From NCBI GenBank assembly GCA_037380845.1, contig JARRRI010000001.1, forward strand, positions 1-60,696: DNA of 60,696 nt. The letters are read 5' to 3'. Positions 57,461 through 60,696 of this stretch are shown one piece after another; position 1 is the stretch's first letter, and each line of letters begins with the position of its first letter. Source of the stretch: Candidatus Sulfobium sp. (lineage in GTDB: Bacteria > Nitrospirota > Thermodesulfovibrionia > Thermodesulfovibrionales > UBA6898). The translations under genes and the position numbers were made by a program. The notes beneath the pieces are model-generated. The model did no database searches. It saw only the letters and a list, made by a program, of their open reading frames with translations, and was not told where the DNA came from.

Positions 57461-59959
57461 ATGAAATTCACAAAATCGATAAGACTTTTCGTGTTGCGGA
57501 ATATCAGGTCGGAGAAATTCCTCACTCTCCTGGCTGTCCTCGGCGTCGCCCTCGGCGTCGGACTCTTTGTCGGGGTCAAGGCTGCATCCGACAGGGCCGT
57601 TTCATCCTTCGAATCGGATATCAGGGGGCTTGTCCCGCACGCCAGCTTCGAAGTCGTCGACAGGTACGGAATAAATTTCAATGAGAAGATCTACAAAAAA
57701 ATCCGCGGAATCGATAACAGGAGCTATCCCGTTCTGCAGGTCGACGCTTATCTGCCGGACCTTAAACAGACTATAAACCTGAACGGCATAGACGTTATAA
57801 GATCTGCGGGATTTCTTGAGAGCAGGGAGGCATCCGGAGTAAACATGGAAGCCATCTTCACCACCCTCAACGGCGTGCTGATATCCAGGGGACTTGCCGA
57901 CAGGTTCTCTCTTAAAAGGGGAGACACTCTGAAGGCTCTTGCCTATGACGGCAGATATTCCCTCAAGGTCGTTAACATACTCGACCTGAAGACACTGCCT
58001 GCCGACACTGTTTTCATGGATTTGGGGAACTTCCAGGAATACTTTCACAAGACCGGTCTTCTATCGAGGATCGATATTTCAGCGGATAGACGGGAAGCAG
58101 GCGAGATAGGGAAAATATTGCCTCACGGTCTTGTCATTGAAAAGAAGACGACGATAATCGAAAACAGGAAGTCTCTCCTCAGGTCCTTCAGGTATAACCT
58201 GCAGTTCATCAGTCTCATTGCGATACTGGTAGGAATATTTCTTCTCTACAACACCGTCTTTATCTCGGTTGTCAAAAGGCGAACGGAAATCGGCATTCTG
58301 AGAAGTCTGGGAATGGACAAAAAGACAGTTATCGGGATCTTCATCTTCCAGGGACTGATACTGGGCGTTGCAGGTTCACTGCTGGGCATTGTCCTGGGCC
58401 AGATCGCCGCCTATTTCGCCGTGACGGCCGTGGCAAAAACCGTTTCGACCATGTACGGGGCCGTTTCCGTGGCCGATTATCTTCTCTCCTGGAAAGACGC
58501 CGTCACCGCCGTTTTTATCGGGACCGCCGTTTCCCTGGTTGCCTCGGTTGTCCCGGCATACGAGTCTTCCACGATCAGGCCCAACGAAAGCTCACGGGAG
58601 GGCTCCTTCGAAGGTAAATACGGAAGATATATGAATCACCTCTTTCTGGCCGGGCTGTGCCTCATCGCGATCGGGATAATCGTCTCCCTCATCGATTATC
58701 TCTATGCCCCCTTCAACTTTCCTTTCCTCGCTTATACCGGCATTCTCCTTATCATTGCGGGCTTTGCTTCGACGGCACCTCTTTACCTGTCCTTCTGCAT
58801 GAAGGTCATAAGAAAGCCCTCTTCCAGGTTTTTCGGAGCGACGGGAAAACTGAGCGCGGGAGATATCAGCGGGAATATTTACAGGTTTGCCGTGGCGCTC
58901 ATGAGTGTCGCCATCAGCAGCGCCCTGATCATCGCATTCCTGCTGCTGATATTTTCTTTCCGGAGTTCCCTCGAGGAATGGATACGGAGAAACATCGCTG
59001 CAGACATTTATGTAAAGCCGGCCGCCTGCATGTCAAATTTCTGTTTTTATCCGCTTTCCAACTCTCTGGTCAACAAAGTCGAAACCAGCCCCGGCGTTGC
59101 GGCCGTCGATAAATTCAGGACTTTGTATATCAACTTTAGGGGGAAGAAAGTCGTTGCGGGCTTCGGCGATACAGAGGTGCAGAGAGAATACGCTCATGCG
59201 CGCGATTACGGACAGAGACGCGAGGCAGGCATTTCCTCTTACCTTGGCAACAAATACCATCTGAAAAAGGGTGACACGATAGAGCTGTCTACGCCGAAGG
59301 GCGACGTATCTTTCAGGGTAAGAGACGTCTTCAGCAGTTACTCAACAACCTCCGGGTTTATCTATCTGGACAGGAGATATCTGAAAGAATACTGGGGACT
59401 GGATGATGCGACGCAGCTCGGAGTATACGTAAAAAAAGGGGCCGGCGTCAGGGACGTCGTGCGCGGGATGAGGGAGGAACTCCTGCCCCATTACTCCGTC
59501 GAGATCATGGACAATGTGCAGCTGAGAGACAGCGTCCTCTCGGTCTTCAACAAGACTTTCGCCATCACTTACGCCATTGAGCTGATCTCGATCATTGTCT
59601 CCATAATAGGCGTAATAACAACCCTTCTCACCCTTGTGCTTGAGAAGAAGAGGGAGATCAGCATAATCAGGTATCTGGGGGGAAGCTGGAAACAGATCCA
59701 GCGCGTCCTCATCCTGTCCGCGGGCACCATAGGGTTGACCGGGATACTGCTCGGTATGATCATGGGGCCCCTCATGAGCCTCATTCTTATAGAGGTGGTC
59801 AATAAAATATCATTCGGATGGGAGATACATATGAGGGTGCCGGTCCTCTATCTTTCGGCGGTGATCATTCTGCTGTTCCTCACAACCCTCGCAGCGGGGC
59901 TGCTCCCCGCCAGGGTGGCAAAGAAAATAGATCCCAAAAGGTTTATCAGTTTCGAATGA
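57461..59959 (+). CDS. ABC transporter permease with duplicated FtsX/MacB domains
   Basis: GVALGV N-terminal TM, RRTEIGILRSLG and KKREISIIRYLG repeats; grouped with the ATPase and AttH-like genes. Confidence 0.9.
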   Translation: MKFTKSIRLFVLRNIRSEKFLTLLAVLGVALGVGLFVGVKAASDRAVSSFESDIRGLVPHASFEVVDRYGINFNEKIYKKIRGIDNRSYPVLQVDAYLPDLKQTINLNGIDVIRSAGFLESREASGVNMEAIFTTLNGVLISRGLADRFSLKRGDTLKALAYDGRYSLKVVNILDLKTLPADTVFMDLGNFQEYFHKTGLLSRIDISADRREAGEIGKILPHGLVIEKKTTIIENRKSLLRSFRYNLQFISLIAILVGIFLLYNTVFISVVKRRTEIGILRSLGMDKKTVIGIFIFQGLILGVAGSLLGIVLGQIAAYFAVTAVAKTVSTMYGAVSVADYLLSWKDAVTAVFIGTAVSLVASVVPAYESSTIRPNESSREGSFEGKYGRYMNHLFLAGLCLIAIGIIVSLIDYLYAPFNFPFLAYTGILLIIAGFASTAPLYLSFCMKVIRKPSSRFFGATGKLSAGDISGNIYRFAVALMSVAISSALIIAFLLLIFSFRSSLEEWIRRNIAADIYVKPAACMSNFCFYPLSNSLVNKVETSPGVAAVDKFRTLYINFRGKKVVAGFGDTEVQREYAHARDYGQRREAGISSYLGNKYHLKKGDTIELSTPKGDVSFRVRDVFSSYSTTSGFIYLDRRYLKEYWGLDDATQLGVYVKKGAGVRDVVRGMREELLPHYSVEIMDNVQLRDSVLSVFNKTFAITYAIELISIIVSIIGVITTLLTLVLEKKREISIIRYLGGSWKQIQRVLILSAGTIGLTGILLGMIMGPLMSLILIEVVNKISFGWEIHMRVPVLYLSAVIILLFLTTLAAGLLPARVAKKIDPKRFISFE

Positions 59960-60018
59960 CCCGGTAAAAGTCCTATTTCCTCTGCGCTTCCTCCGGCCGA
60001 CTGCATTTTCGGGGCTAA

Positions 60019-60205
60019 CCCACTTTATTCACAAATTTTCCTGCATGGCGAAAGGACACAGTGTTTGAGCGGTTTTACTTGCCCGATATTCAGACATCGT
60101 ATATCCTGAAATAAAGAGGGCAAGTTCTTCGGAGGTCGTAACGACCGAGAATGAGCGAAAATACCGTGTCCTTTCGCGTCCGCCACATTTCATGAATAAT
60201 CCGGG
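60019..60205 (-). mobile_element. IS1380-like MITE (family C), copy 2, with CTAA target duplication
   Basis: Inverted copy of 35046-35231; flanked by CTAA at 60015-60018 and 60206-60209. Confidence 0.8.
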
Positions 60206-60595
60206 CTAATATATTGAGCGGATGCGGCCGGTCCTCTTGTCCACTATTACCTTGTCTATCACTTTTCCCCTGCTGTCCAGTACGTCCGCCTCAAAGTAAT
60301 ATTGCTTCTCTCTTATCTCGCCTATGGTGACATCCTTTTTAGAAAAATAGTCCTGGAGCAGCTTCCGCGCTTCCTTCTTCGTTGTTACCTGCTGCTTTTC
60401 GCCGTAAGTCCCTCCCTGAGAGCCGCCGTAGGGACCTTCGCCGGCATATGCATTCGAAGTTCCGAAAAATCCACCGCCGCGACAGAGGAGTCCGGGTGTA
60501 ATTCCGTCGGAAGCAATCCCGTTCAGCAAACCCAGAAGGAGAAAACCCGCAATTGCGCTCAGACCCGACAAGACCATCCCTTTCATCCGTGCCAC
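60206..60595 (-). CDS. Exported PepSY-like domain protein
   Basis: Hydrophobic N-terminus; EARKLL..Y...IGEI.E...YFEADV...IDKVIVDKRTGRIRSIY. Confidence 0.7.
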   Translation of the reverse strand: MARMKGMVLSGLSAIAGFLLLGLLNGIASDGITPGLLCRGGGFFGTSNAYAGEGPYGGSQGGTYGEKQQVTTKKEARKLLQDYFSKKDVTIGEIREKQYYFEADVLDSRGKVIDKVIVDKRTGRIRSIY

Positions 60596-60696
60596 CCCGC
60601 TGTTATCCGACGTTTTCCGGCCACAGAAAACATTATAGAAGTTAAGGCACCTCAGGTCAATTGTGTCATCCCTTAATAATAGTTTTTAAGAAAATC

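Overview
GC-rich bacterial chromosomal segment, probably from an anaerobe. The gene content and style suggest a Thermodesulfovibrionia/Nitrospirota- or deltaproteobacterium-like organism; this is inference. Most of the window is housekeeping: rimP (partial), an AmiC-type amidase, ADP-forming acyl-CoA synthetase, pepF, clpS-clpA-aat, guaB-guaA-ispA-dxs-tlyA, ilvE, tusA, nifU-nifS, rmuC, a DinG-family helicase, sixA, argB and trmFO-xerC-hslV-hslU-rlpA. Four accessory features stand out. (1) A minus-strand three-gene unit at 50627-54321. It encodes an OsmC-like protein with an in-frame UGA at the catalytic Cys position followed by a SECIS-like hairpin (probable selenoprotein, split in two by the ORF track), a Mo/W-bisPGD enzyme resembling metallopterin-dependent ergothioneine synthase (MES) but lacking the fused cysteine desulfurase module, and an EgtD histidine trimethylase. 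This is a candidate new anaerobic ergothioneine/selenoneine pathway. (2) A decaheme cytochrome plus MtrB-like porin in one apparent operon with an orphan solute-binding protein and a chemoreceptor. (3) A decayed integron: frameshifted intI N-terminus, a BrnT/BrnA cassette and degenerate attC-like sites. (4) Several MITE/REP families, including a nested element with an 8-bp target duplication and two copies of an IS1380-like MITE. No tRNA, rRNA or CRISPR array was recognised. All calls are from reading the sequence; no database searches were run.
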